DNA of 63,981 nt, counting the filler, from Globobulimina sp. (taxonomy: Eukaryota): assembly GCA_003354225.1 (NCBI GenBank). It is 50 parts of 50 records of this genome, joined end to end, with 100 filler letters (N's around TTAATTAATTAA, not from the genome) between each part and the next. Parts side by side here need not be neighbours in the genome. Positions count along the whole stretch, not along the records: positions 21,801 to 22,982 come from PIVH01021491.1; positions 23,083 to 24,264 come from PIVH01021492.1; positions 24,365 to 25,546 come from PIVH01021493.1; positions 25,647 to 26,828 come from PIVH01021494.1; positions 26,929 to 28,110 come from PIVH01021495.1; positions 28,211 to 29,392 come from PIVH01021496.1; positions 29,493 to 30,674 come from PIVH01021497.1; positions 30,775 to 31,956 come from PIVH01021498.1; 42 more parts are not named here. One strand, written 5' to 3'. Positions 21,939 through 33,384 of this stretch are shown one piece after another. Under the pieces are notes generated by a model. That model saw nothing but the letters and a program-made list of their open reading frames with translations. It was not told the origin of the DNA and did no database searches. The position numbers and the translations under genes were made by a program. Every line of letters begins with the position of its first letter. The first letter of the stretch is position 1.

Positions 21939-22982
21939 TTGAGTATTACTGATAAAGCATCAATTTGCGCAGAACAGGCATGGTATGATAAATATCATCA
22001 ATTGAGTTTATATAAAAATATCCAATCATACAAATCGCGAGAATATCAATGCAAAAATAATTTAGATTTTTCACTGTTCCGTGATTATTCAAAGGAGGCA
22101 ATAATGAATAAAGGATATGAGATTAATGCTAATGAGGATGAAAAGGATTTAGTTTTGAAGGATAAATATGTAAAAGATTATGATATAAACCAAATCATTT
22201 GGAATGACGAATTTTCAGCAAATGACTTTGTGGTAAAAAAGTATGATATTATATGTACACCGAAGTGTATGATTGAATTATCTGCAGCTTATAATGGTGA
22301 TTTGTCAATTTTTTTACAAATGCATAAGAGATTTAGTTTGAAGCAATGTAAATATATTATTGCCCAAATGGTGCTAGCAATGCATTATCTACATTCGAAT
22401 CTGAATTATATTGTTTATGATTTGAAGCCAGAAAATATTTATATTGACGAAAATGGATATATTGGGATTGCTGAGGTTGAGAGTTTGGAGGAATTGAAAA
22501 GTAATATTTTAAAAGAAGTAAATAACCGAAGCAGTGCAGCGAAGTATTTAAGTCCGGAAATATTGAATAAAGATGTTAAGCATTTAAATCATCGCAGCGA
22601 TTATTGGTCATTGGGAATATTGACATATGAGTTATTAGTTGGTTTGCCACCGTTTTTTAATGATAATATGGATGAATATGATAAATATTTGGATAAAGGG
22701 GACCGGATTTGTGTGCGGATGATGCAGAATAAAATTATGAAATTAACGACACAGAAAATGACATTTGCAAATGATTTGGATGTTAGAGCGAAAGATTTCA
22801 TTTCCAAATTATTAGTGGTGGATCCAAGCAAAAGATTAACGAATTTGAATGAAATTAAAAATGATCCATTTTTTGAGAATGTTTCTTGGAAGAGATTGCT
22901 GTATAAAGCAGCCATATTGCCATTCAAACCAGCAAAGTTAAATAGATTTGGGAAGATATTGTCAACATTACATCAAGATTGG
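21939..22982 (+). CDS. AGC-like protein kinase with a degenerate active site (probable pseudokinase)
   Basis: YLHS..IVYDLKPEN (no R), AEV in place of DFG, YLSPE, DYWSLGIL.YELLVGLPPF, AGC tail PFKP. Confidence 0.8.
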
Positions 22983-23849
22983 NNNNNNNNNNNNNNNNNN
23001 NNNNNNNNNNNNNNNNNNNNNNNNNNTTAATTAATTAANNNNNNNNNNNNNNNNNNNNNNNNNNNNNNNNNNNNNNNNNNNNATGTGGTTTATTGGATAT
23101 TTGAAGTGAAACAAGAAAAAGAAATAAAATAAAATGTTCATTATATGGCGTATGGAAGGATTTTAGCAAAGGGAGTGGAAATAGACGAAGTTGGTTATAT
23201 TATTTATATTCATCAATCTCATCATCATTAAATATTAAATATCCAAAAATTAAAATATCAATACAACAAACAAGTGATTATTGTGGTGATAGGCAAGATT
23301 TATTAATTTTTAACTGTGTGTGATTGTTGGTTTGTATCTAAATATGTCTTTAATATATCGTATTTTCATGACTCTGTTTGTAAGAAACCCAACACAAAGC
23401 TATATCAAACCGTTTCTATAAATTAAAACAAAGCCACTAGGCACGCCATACTGCCATATAAAAGCATGTCAAAATAACAATAACATACAAAACGAGTTAC
23501 AATTTCATATTCATTATGTCAGGAAATCAGCAAAAAGGGGAAAAATATATTAAAATGATTATCCCAGCATTCTTCGCATTGATAATATCCGCATTCTTGT
23601 TGTCAATGTCATTGTGAGTGAGATGCGTAATAATCGGCGTATTGGTCGAGGTGCGCACCATCGAGTTGTTGCTGTCGTTGTTGTCGTTGTTGTCGTCGCT
23701 TTGCTTCTCTTTCAAATAGTTCTTGTGATAGCAATTCCGTCCGGGAACCACGCCACTACGTTCACGTCGGTGCTCCGGTTCTTTTTCGAGAAGTCTGTGC
23801 AATGGACAGTGCCTGCGATTTTGCGCATAAATACAAGGCTCATACTGAC

Positions 23850-24040
23850 AAATCTATACATCTCCAGTCTGCAATACATGGACAATAACACCATCCGGCA
23901 ATGGGACATCGAGCACAGCGGCACCAATGCGCCCACGTATACGTACCGGGTGCACCGCGAGGACGTGATGTCGATCTGCATCAACCCGCAGAATAAATGG
24001 CTGTTATTGTTGGGGTCGGTGGACAGCACCGCCAAGCACA
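23850..24040 (+). pseudogene. Degenerate G-protein beta/WD40 fragment
   Basis: DNNTIRQWDIE...HREDVMSICINPQ..LLLGSVDSTAK. Confidence 0.6.
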
Positions 24041-24104
24041 TCTATATGGGAAGTCTCAGTATGCTTCACTTCGAAAATGGACAAGATATCGTTCCAAAAA
24101 ATCA

Positions 24105-24264
24105 ATTTGATCCAATCCACGCCATATACTTTGTTTCCATGTCCGGTCGGAATATTTCGTTTTTGTTTGCTTTCTGTCTTTGGGATTGCCTCAGCCTCAG
24201 GATTTGAACCTGAATCTTCTGGACGTAACCATTCATTCATTGATTTCATTCCAGTGCTCTTCTT
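24105..24264 (-). pseudogene. G-beta-like N-terminal WD fragment on the opposite strand
   Basis: KQKRNIPTGHGNKVYGVDW resembles G-beta RR.LKGH..KVYAMHW. Confidence 0.45.
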
Positions 24265-24629
24265 NNNNNNNNNNNNNNNNNNNNNNNNNNNNNNNNNNNN
24301 NNNNNNNNTTAATTAATTAANNNNNNNNNNNNNNNNNNNNNNNNNNNNNNNNNNNNNNNNNNNNGATATAATGAAATATGGCGATAATAATAAATTTACC
24401 TTTGATGAATGCATAATATTCACACAAAATTACAAAAAGAAGAAAAAAGGAAATAAATCCAGTGGACTCGATTTAATAAAATGGGATTTAGCCAAATTAT
24501 TAGATGATGAATGTGATGCAACAATGTTATATTTGGTATTAAATCATGGATCTATCCCAAATAAAATGAAAGATATATTATTTATGTTTCAGATTGTTTG
24601 TGACTGCGTTCAATGCATTGGATGCCGGT

Positions 24630-24726
24630 AATATGTGTGAGTTGGAAGGATTCGATTGGGCCTGACAATATGCGTGAGTTGGAAGGATTCGATTGGGCCT
24701 GGCAATATGCGTGAGTTGGAAGGATT
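24630..24726. repeat. 37-bp tandem repeat (about 2.6 copies)
   Basis: GTTGGAAGGATT at 24641, 24678 and 24715. Confidence 0.9.
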
Positions 24727-24882
24727 AAGCAATTTCGTCGCCATTAATTGGAAATAATGAGTTTCGCCACGCAATTTCGCAATTTGTGTCCTTACGCGAT
24801 GTTCATCGCGATGTTGATTGAGATCGCGCCAATCGTCGTAGTTAATGCTTTTGTATTTGTTGTCGCGCGGAATGGGTTGAAT

Positions 24883-24950
24883 AATGAGTTTGTAATTCCC
24901 GCCGCGAAATGAGTGAAAATGAGTTTGTAATTCCCGCCGCAAAATGTGTA
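24883..24950. repeat. 35-bp tandem duplication
   Basis: AATGAGTTTGTAATTCCCGCCGC at about 24883 and 24918. Confidence 0.85.
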
Positions 24951-25320
24951 ATAATGAGATCGAGAATGTGTCCGTGTCCTATTGATTGATAACCAGCCCA
25001 TCCAGGTCCTAATTGATTGTGATCGCACCAAATCAGGTTCCTATTAAATGCCTGGTTTGGTTCAAAACAATCATACATCCATTTAATTGGATTATTCATC
25101 AAATTGCAAAATAAGTTAATTTTATATATATTTTTTTCCTTTTTTTTTTATGTATCAATGTCCGCAGCCATTAAGTAGTCGAATAATGAGAGTGCCAGCA
25201 AACTCGAGACCGCCGTTCCCATTCTATTCCTACCATTTATGCATTAATTGCCGCCATCACTATGTTCCCAACAATTTCATTAAGTACTTTTTTTTATATA
25301 CTTTTTTTCCTTTTTTAATA

Positions 25321-25348
25321 CAAGTTGCATGGCGCCCTGGCGGGCGCC
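25321..25348 (-). mobile_element. Helitron-like 3' terminus (GC hairpin followed by CTTG|T)
   Basis: Minus strand GGCGCCC-GCCA-GGGCGCC-ATGCAA-CTTG|T within very AT-rich DNA. Confidence 0.45.
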
Positions 25349-25646
25349 TTAGATTTATTGTTCGTTTTTGCATATATACAGATGTTAGATAATGTGAAGT
25401 CAGATTACACATTAATATCAAAATATATTTTTGTTTCTGTTGATTTATTCTAATACAATGTTTCCCATAGAGAAAGAACTACATTTTCTCATTTTTTGAT
25501 GTGTTCTGTATGTTTAGAATCCTGATTTTTTTATTGTAAGCATAGTNNNNNNNNNNNNNNNNNNNNNNNNNNNNNNNNNNNNNNNNNNNNTTAATTAATT
25601 AANNNNNNNNNNNNNNNNNNNNNNNNNNNNNNNNNNNNNNNNNNNN

Positions 25647-26320
25647 GGAATGCACGATGATTTATTTTGTATTATGAGATGTCCATCGATGCAAAATGAT
25701 AATGGGGCAATGCAACAATGCCATGTAAATACCAATAAATTTGGAATGTGAGTATCACTCCAAAATGCTTTCTCTTTCTCAGTCTCATTCTGTTTTTGTT
25801 TCAGTTTGTATTCATTTTCGTTTTTATACAAATTGAAGTGATGCTTTTTTATAAGCTGCGAAATGATCTCATCCGAATCTATTAAAATTGAATTGATTCT
25901 GGCATAAATGTAATTATTTTCTGCTTTGTTATCAATCAAATCATCATTATTTGAAATTTCTTTTTTTATTTTAATTCGAACTAAAGCAGAATTTAATGCA
26001 TTTTTATTGTTTAGAACGAGTTCATTAAATCGTTTTCGTTTTGAATAATTTATTTTGAGTCTTTTTCTTCCAAATAACAGCTCATAAATTAATAACAGCA
26101 TTAAACCACGATGTTGTTTATTTTTTTTATGATTGTATTCTTTTGACACATGCGGTGTTGACGAGATTATCTCTTCTAACACTTGTCGATATTGCAATGT
26201 TTTTGTTACTAATGCATATACGGCTGTGTTGATGCTCTTGTTTTGCTGGTATAACATCGTTTTTATGTCACCTTTTCTGTCTAAAACGGATTGAATTATC
26301 TTACTGCTTGAGTGGTACAT
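25647..26320 (-). CDS. NSUN5: rRNA cytosine-C5 methyltransferase NSUN5/Rcm1, N-terminal half
   Basis: VYALVTKTLQY, LLIYELLFG, YARIN, DTHIPNLLVF, GHLIIQNKSSC. Confidence 0.85.
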
Positions 26321-26928
26321 GATATATAGCTCACTACTCAAAAACCTAGCTTTTTAATTTTATGGGTAGAGATGCGTAAATAACGCTCGGGATAAACCCC
26401 ATAAACGCGACAAGAAACGCGATAAAGACAACGAATCCAAACGATTCTATATCATTGCTGTGATTCACTCGAAAATATTTGAATTTATTGGTGGTCCGAC
26501 CTATGACGATGTGTTTAAAGAATAAAGAAACATTTTTGGTGAATTGACAGCGAATCTGGATTACAGACAAAAAGAGCAAATCTTTTGTGATGGTGTGGGT
26601 GATGGAAGAAATTGAAAGGAACGGAAGAGGAAAGTGATTAATTTGATTTTTTGTTGTTGTTTCTTTATTTACTATTTTAATATGAAGAATTTAAAAATAA
26701 TTACTTTCTTTTTACTTGTTGATTTTTGCAGTTTAGAAAAAAACTCAGTTCAAAGTAGCTTTCCAGCTAAAATGATGGGCTGATTACGTGTCACTTTAAA
26801 TCCATATAAAATTACGATGAATTCAGACNNNNNNNNNNNNNNNNNNNNNNNNNNNNNNNNNNNNNNNNNNNNTTAATTAATTAANNNNNNNNNNNNNNNN
26901 NNNNNNNNNNNNNNNNNNNNNNNNNNNN

Positions 26929-28104
26929 GATTCCGTCCATATTATTTGACATTTTGCATGGTAACATTCGGTGTGATTTCATCTATGTTTATGCTATGTA
27001 TCTGCTTAAAATATAATGATTATCCATTAAATATATGTATTGTATCATATGGTTATGATTTTTTCTATGGATTGGGTCACAGTGATTGGGTCAAACCACA
27101 ATATGCGGAAAATGTCGCCAACAGAATTGAATGTGTAAATATACAGTTAATGTACGAAGAATGTACAGTTCCATGGTTAGCGTTTCTTGTCGCTAATTTA
27201 TTGGATGCGTATGAAATAAAACCTGAATATTATCATAAATTAAATTTAATGAAAGCAAAAATAATGAAAACCTTCGAAAAAAGTGTGATTATTAAAAATT
27301 TACAGATGAGAATTGAGCAACGAATCTATCAAAATATTACCGCAAAGTTAACGTTACAAAACAATTTTGTATTATTTGCGTTATTTTCGTTTTTATCCAT
27401 GTCACTTCTTATTTTGTGGAGATTTGTTTCTTTATTTCAAACAACTGGTTTATTTCAGTATATTTTGTTAGACATTTTAGGGAGCTCAATTGTTGGAAAC
27501 TGCGCAGTTTCATTTGTTAACATTTGTACATTGTCCAAATACCCATTAACAATTTTTACATTATTCAAAGAACCGATTTACTGCGAAATTAACAAAGGAT
27601 GATGTATTGGCTTGGTGGCAATTAAGACACATCTATACAGCATACGTTATGCCACAATTTGTGGATGTGTTAAGCCCGATACTTTTTTACGGATTTATAG
27701 GTTGTATTTTGTTGTCATTTTGGGGCGTAATGGGTTTTGTTGCGGATAGAAAAGCAAATTTAGATTATTGGTATTATCCATTTCAGTTTGGTAGCACAAT
27801 AATACTTATTGTGATTATTTTATATTGCATGAAACAGCTGGTCGCCAGTTATGAAGCACATAAGTTGCAAATTGGAATGTTACAAAAAGAAATTATTCGC
27901 ATTGATGCCAATAAACATTTATTTAATCAAAAAGTGCACGTGGATGAGTTGAAAAATATTATACAATTAATAACCGAACATTTGTCTCAAGGTTATAAAC
28001 CTATTAAAATTGCTGGTATTCCAATGACGAATGATGTATTTATATTATTAAGAGGTGCAATTTCTGCAATTACTTTAATCATTGTTTCTGAATTCACTTC
28101 ATAA
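26929..28104 (+). pseudogene. Multi-pass membrane protein, gustatory-receptor-like C-terminus, with a frameshift near 27550-27600
   Basis: Two adjacent hydrophobic ORFs in different frames; C-terminal ..Q...PIKIAGIPMT..F.LL..AISAITLII; no obvious intron at the shift. Confidence 0.45.
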
Positions 28105-28210
28105 TATAATNNNNNNNNNNNNNNNNNNNNNNNNNNNNNNNNNNNNNNNNNNNNTTAATTAATTAANNNNNNNNNNNNNNNNNNNNNNNNNNNNNNNNNN
28201 NNNNNNNNNN

Positions 28211-28504
28211 ATAATATCTGCAGTATTAAAGGATAAATGGTCAGCATTGTTGGCTCATCATGGACTAATTGTTTGTGGAGAAACTATCGAACAGACCACA
28301 TACAGAGCTTTTTGGTTTGAAAAAGCAGCGGAAATGCAGTTAGATGCACTGTGTGCTGTTGGTGGCGATGAGAATAAGCTGCCTGCAGTTGATGATGAGT
28401 TAGCAATAAAGGCGAGAGATTGGAGAGTTAGTGATGGACCAACAAAAGCTCATTTTAATTGTTGGGCTAATATGATTTTGGATAAATATCCAAATGTGTT
28501 TTGA
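28211..28504 (+). CDS. Class II aldolase/adducin family protein, C-terminus
   Basis: ALLAHHGLIVCGETIEQ...WFEKAAEMQL. Confidence 0.85.
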   Translation: MISAVLKDKWSALLAHHGLIVCGETIEQTTYRAFWFEKAAEMQLDALCAVGGDENKLPAVDDELAIKARDWRVSDGPTKAHFNCWANMILDKYPNVF

Positions 28505-28852
28505 CACAAAAACTTTTACAGCTTAGCTTTTTTTTTGCATGTCAACGTGCCCTTCGTTCAATGATATTTTCTAGGTTTATTTATATTTATAATTTGGATC
28601 ACCAATGTAGTACTAGTATATAATTGAAACATTAGTTTATTAACGAAAAACCCAGGCATTGGACTATTTCTTGACGTTCTTGTTGCATTTCACGTGCTCG
28701 CTTTAGTTAAGTTTCCATGCATATGATAGATATTTCCATTTAATATAATATAAATTATGTATTCTAATGACAGATTGTGTGGTTATATTTAACATACAAA
28801 GAATTTCAAAACACTCGCCGTCGTAAACGCAATTAAATTAAATATAAATAAA

Positions 28853-29329
28853 ATGAATGAATTTAAGGAGAATAGCTCAAACAAACCACATTTAAGCAAT
28901 GATCCAATATTTGTGAATGATGAAATTGAGACAATTCATCGCAAGATTTTTCATCTTCGTCGGACAAATAATGAGATTCGCAAACTTTATTCAAATGACG
29001 CAGACTGTGTTCAAGCTTTAAATGAAAACCTCATTGTTATCGAAAGCAATTTAAACGCATTATTCATTTACTTCAAATTATACAAACAATTGACACAAAA
29101 ACAACACAATGAATCGGATATTAAAATCAAAAATAAATTGGATAAATTAAACAAAGCACCAAAAAGATTAAAGGAATTTGATTTGGATTATGTTGCACAA
29201 AGATTAAGGGATAAAACAAAGGAATTGGAATTAAAGCAAATAGATATTGATAATCATGATGTGTCTGCAAAGAATATTAATGACAATGATGATTGTATTG
29301 ACGCGGATGATGAAGGATTTATTCTCTAA
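28853..29329 (+). CDS. Small coiled-coil protein, possibly Tma17/Adc17-like
   Basis: I.HLRRTN.E....D.D...ALNEN..VI and acidic C-terminus ending EGFIL. Confidence 0.45.
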   Translation: MNEFKENSSNKPHLSNDPIFVNDEIETIHRKIFHLRRTNNEIRKLYSNDADCVQALNENLIVIESNLNALFIYFKLYKQLTQKQHNESDIKIKNKLDKLNKAPKRLKEFDLDYVAQRLRDKTKELELKQIDIDNHDVSAKNINDNDDCIDADDEGFIL

Positions 29330-29492
29330 ATAATTTTTCAGAGTGCAAGGAGAGTTTAAGAGTTAGTAAGTCACAAAAACTTCATTTTGACGNNNNNNNN
29401 NNNNNNNNNNNNNNNNNNNNNNNNNNNNNNNNNNNNTTAATTAATTAANNNNNNNNNNNNNNNNNNNNNNNNNNNNNNNNNNNNNNNNNNNN

Positions 29493-29838
29493 TTTCATTG
29501 CGATATATTGTGCCGGTACCATCGCATGATTTAAATATAAGAGTTGCAGCGTTACATTGCTTTGGTGAATTATTAACACCACATTGGTAATCCCATTCTG
29601 TGTCTGTTAATGTAGATGAATTTCCATCGCAATTATAATTATTAAATTGGTGAATTTCAATTCCTGATGATGCGCAATGGAAAAGTGTTGATGAATTGGG
29701 AGAAGTTGCTGTTGTCCGATAAACGCAGGCATCTGTGGGAAACCCAAATCCTGTTCTTGCATCTAAATAAGAGCAATCTGAATTGGTACTGACACAAAAA
29801 GAAATCAATATTGCGCATAGGAACCACTGTTTTGCCAT
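29493..29838 (-). CDS. Secreted Cys-rich surface protein (3' truncated), same type as 54102-54893
   Basis: Signal peptide; C.Y...FPTDAC....S..FHC....F....CDG....YQC pattern. Confidence 0.65.
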
Positions 29839-29896
29839 TTCAAACAGTGAAAAAACTTTTTGCTCCTCTGACAGTTGAAAACATTCACTCCTAACC

Positions 29897-30674
29897 ATGC
29901 AGCAGTTGAAAGGAAGTGGAAGCAGTGCAATGACTCAATGGGCACACAACAAATCAATATTACAAGACCAAGCAGTCGATGATGCCTTAGAGAAGGCAAA
30001 AACCGATATGTTATATAAAACATATTTAGAAAATGAACAGTATGTCACTGACTCCATTGCACTCCTATCATTATTAACTATTCCCATATAAAAGAAAGAA
30101 ATGGAAACAACAAGAGATAACATATGGGCCGAGGCCAACTATTAAAGACGCTCAGCCCTATGACACAAAGACCGAAGACGATGATGAGAAGGCACCCAAA
30201 TCAATGGATGAACAGTTAACGAATGCAAACAAAGACTATGACTCTTTGGATGAGTTAGAGAGAGAATTAATGGGCGACAACAACGAAGACAAAGAGTTGG
30301 CGAAATTGCATGCAAAGCGGAAGGACCAATTAAAAAAACAATGGAAACAAAAACAGCAACAGATGGCACAGGTTTTGTTATGCATATATTTATATAAATA
30401 CATCCTTGCACTTATATAATTACACATTGTTTGAATTGGAAAAAGGGCGCCGGCGGCTATCGGGAAATGAGTGAACGGGATATGTTAAAAATGGCCTCCA
30501 AAGGTGGTAATATTGTAATTCATTTCTATGCGTCGGGCATTGATTTAGGCAAAATTGTGGATGCCCATTTGAGGAAAATTGCGCCAAAGCATTGTGAGTG
30601 TCGGTTTGTCACATTGGATGCAAGAAAATCACCGTTTTTAGTGAATAAATGGAAAGTAAAGACATTGCCGACAA
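29897..30674 (+). CDS. Phosducin-like protein 3/TXNDC9; introns 30040-30094 and 30372-30445; 3' truncated
   Basis: Spliced product ..QQMAQ/GAGGYREM..VIHFY...KIVDAHL.KIAPKH.ECRF..LDA.KSPFLV.K.KVKTLPT. Confidence 0.85.
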
Positions 30675-31041
30675 NNNNNNNNNNNNNNNNNNNNNNNNNN
30701 NNNNNNNNNNNNNNNNNNTTAATTAATTAANNNNNNNNNNNNNNNNNNNNNNNNNNNNNNNNNNNNNNNNNNNNTGGAGATATCAATAAATATATTGTTA
30801 TGCTCATATAATTATTACATTTTTTTTTCATTTTTTTTTGTTTTTTTTCTCTCAAAAAACTTGAATTATAATAGTAATTTTGTGTGTTAAATTATTTTAG
30901 TATTATTTTAGAGTTATTGTTTTTTTAATATATAAATGTTGGGTCTTCTTTGTATCCCATCAAAATATCGGATGTTTATATCAGTTTCTGTAAACAAAAA
31001 AAAACAGAAACTTTCTAGTTTTCTACTCCCTTCTTTTGATC

Positions 31042-31956
31042 ATGCTGCCACCATTAATCATGAATTCTCATTCGAATTCAACAACGATATCAGAACACAA
31101 TATTACACAAGAACTACCAATGCAACTTGCATCACAAAAACTATTTTATGACGAAATCTGTCGAAAACAGACTAAATTACCAATGTCCTATCATTCGTTT
31201 TGTAAAGTTCTGTCTGTACATTTTTATGTTTTATCTAAATACCAAATATAAATATATTAATTACCTTCAGTTATTCTACGATATTGACCTCAACACATCG
31301 CTCAATCAACACACAAAGGCGATTTTAAACCAGGCCACCAAACCATATTTACCAAACAATAAACAATATCAAATATCCATCAACAACAAAACACCCATCA
31401 TTCAGTTCATAACTGACATATATTTCGAATCTGTTTTCTATAAAAACCAAACAATAAATGAATTTATGGAAAACAGTAACTTCCTATCATCCATCCCTCG
31501 CAATTCTAAACCATACCGCACCATAAGACAGCATTTAACTGATTACCTCCAACACCTCCACTCTCCCATAAATCCGCAACACATCATACATACCACCGCT
31601 CTCTCTGCGGCAACAGACGATGACGAAGAGGATGGAAACACGGGCACCGGCACAGAACATGAATATGTATACGGACAAGAAGGGCTAATGCGGCATGACA
31701 TGCACCGTATACTACATTATATATCCACTGTCCATAAACACTTATTCAGTCTCAACAAAGTGCGTCAAATCGATATAATATTTGTGCCCCACATGATACC
31801 CAACGTCAACAGCACTTATTTTGACAGTCTTGGCATTCAATACCAACGATTGCCTTTGGACGCGTGTGTGGACGATTATAAATATAACAATTTCTGGCTA
31901 ATGTTACGACATTTTAATGAGTCATTACGTGCACAGTTAAAGAGATGTGTTATTTT
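31042..31956 (+). CDS. Hypothetical protein; intron 31207-31270; 3' truncated
   Basis: GT-AG intron joins two ORFs in frame; no recognisable domain. Confidence 0.55.
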
Positions 31957-32056
31957 NNNNNNNNNNNNNNNNNNNNNNNNNNNNNNNNNNNNNNNNNNNN
32001 TTAATTAATTAANNNNNNNNNNNNNNNNNNNNNNNNNNNNNNNNNNNNNNNNNNNN

Positions 32057-32222
32057 ACCCGCCCGGGTCCAAGTTAGGGGCGGGTCAGGGTTCAAAAAAC
32101 ACACGCTGTTTAAATTTCACTCCGTGACTGCTCATGGACTTTGCTCAACTTAACCTTACCATGGCTCGACCCAGCCCGACCCGCCCAGGCCTGGGTTAGG
32201 GTGCGGGTCAAGGTTCAAAAAC
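32057..32222. repeat. Two GC-rich direct repeats (CCCGCCC..GTTAGGG.GCGGGTCA.GGTTCAAAAA), transposon-subterminal-like
   Basis: Copies at about 32058 and 32180. Confidence 0.6.
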
Positions 32223-32417
32223 CACTCATTTTTCAAAAATCGTGCAACTTTGGCAATTTTGGTCGGATCGAACTGATTCTTTTTTCATTCGATTCCTCTT
32301 ATCAAACAGATTAATATTTTAAAAGAATATATCCGTTTTACTCAAAAATTGAACTTTCTTTCTCATATATTCTGTTATGTGTATTATATTTTCAAAGTGT
32401 ATGTTGTTAGATCCAAG

Positions 32418-33119
32418 ATGCCTGAACACACAACCTGGCACATTGAAACAAAGCAAGCTGGTGTCAGAGATCCTGTCAAGTTGCGCAAATACTTTGATAC
32501 AACCAAGCAACAAAGTAAAGAGTGGACACATGATGACCACTATACTAGAAGGACAAAAGAACAAGGACAGCGGTCGATCAGCATTGCAAAATTACACCAG
32601 ACGCTGCGTCAATATCGATACCACACTGGTCCTTTTTTTCAAATACATGAGGGGGAAGTGGCCAGGCGCTTAATTTTGTTGGAGCATTGTGCTGGGGGAA
32701 ACGATTTCCAAGACAAAATGAAGAAGATATTTCCGAGCATGCAAGCATTCCTTGATCGTTTTCATGGAGCAGGCATAGCCTCATTCACATCTACACCGAA
32801 TCTAGACCCCAATGGAATTGAAAAACAGTATGTGTACACTGGACATGTTCAAATGCAAGTCCTTGAATGGGAAGCAGTATGCAGTGAAGGTCCTATTGTT
32901 GTCCCAAATAAGAAGGTGTGCACTCAGTATGCAGAGGCACATTTCCCACAACTAGTGGAAAGAACATGGAAAGAGCTGTTGGCCCAAATTCTTTCTCATT
33001 TCTTGAGCGACTGTTCCGCAATGGGTCAGCATTCATTCAAACCAAAGGAAATGAAACGGCAACCCTCTATGCTCTGGGGACATGATTACGAACTTCGACC
33101 TCCTAGAAAACAAAAATAA
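32418..33119 (+). CDS. ORFan (233 aa) on a more GC-rich contig
   Basis: Long open frame with ATG and TAA; no motif recognised. Confidence 0.55.
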   Translation: MPEHTTWHIETKQAGVRDPVKLRKYFDTTKQQSKEWTHDDHYTRRTKEQGQRSISIAKLHQTLRQYRYHTGPFFQIHEGEVARRLILLEHCAGGNDFQDKMKKIFPSMQAFLDRFHGAGIASFTSTPNLDPNGIEKQYVYTGHVQMQVLEWEAVCSEGPIVVPNKKVCTQYAEAHFPQLVERTWKELLAQILSHFLSDCSAMGQHSFKPKEMKRQPSMLWGHDYELRPPRKQK

Positions 33120-33140
33120 AATTCTTTCTTATTTATATCA

Positions 33141-33238
33141 TGTGCACTTAAGCTTGGGAAACCAGCGGAAAGTGTTTCTACTCTTATTTTGTGTACTTGT
33201 ATATTTACTTATATGTGCACTTAAGCTTGGGAAACCAG
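33141..33238. repeat. Direct repeat TGTGCACTTAAGCTTGGGAAACCAG (2 copies, 73-bp period)
   Basis: Copies at 33141 and 33214. Confidence 0.85.
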
Positions 33239-33384
33239 NNNNNNNNNNNNNNNNNNNNNNNNNNNNNNNNNNNNNNNNNNNNTTAATTAATTAANNNNNN
33301 NNNNNNNNNNNNNNNNNNNNNNNNNNNNNNNNNNNNNNAAAACAAAACAAAATAAAAAAGAACTCTCTCTCTTTTCTTCATTCT

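Noticed and set aside
24630-24726. CRISPR-like 37-bp repeats
   Set aside because: Head-to-tail tandem copies with no spacers
32190-32205. TTAGGG telomere repeat
   Set aside because: Isolated single units, not a tandem array
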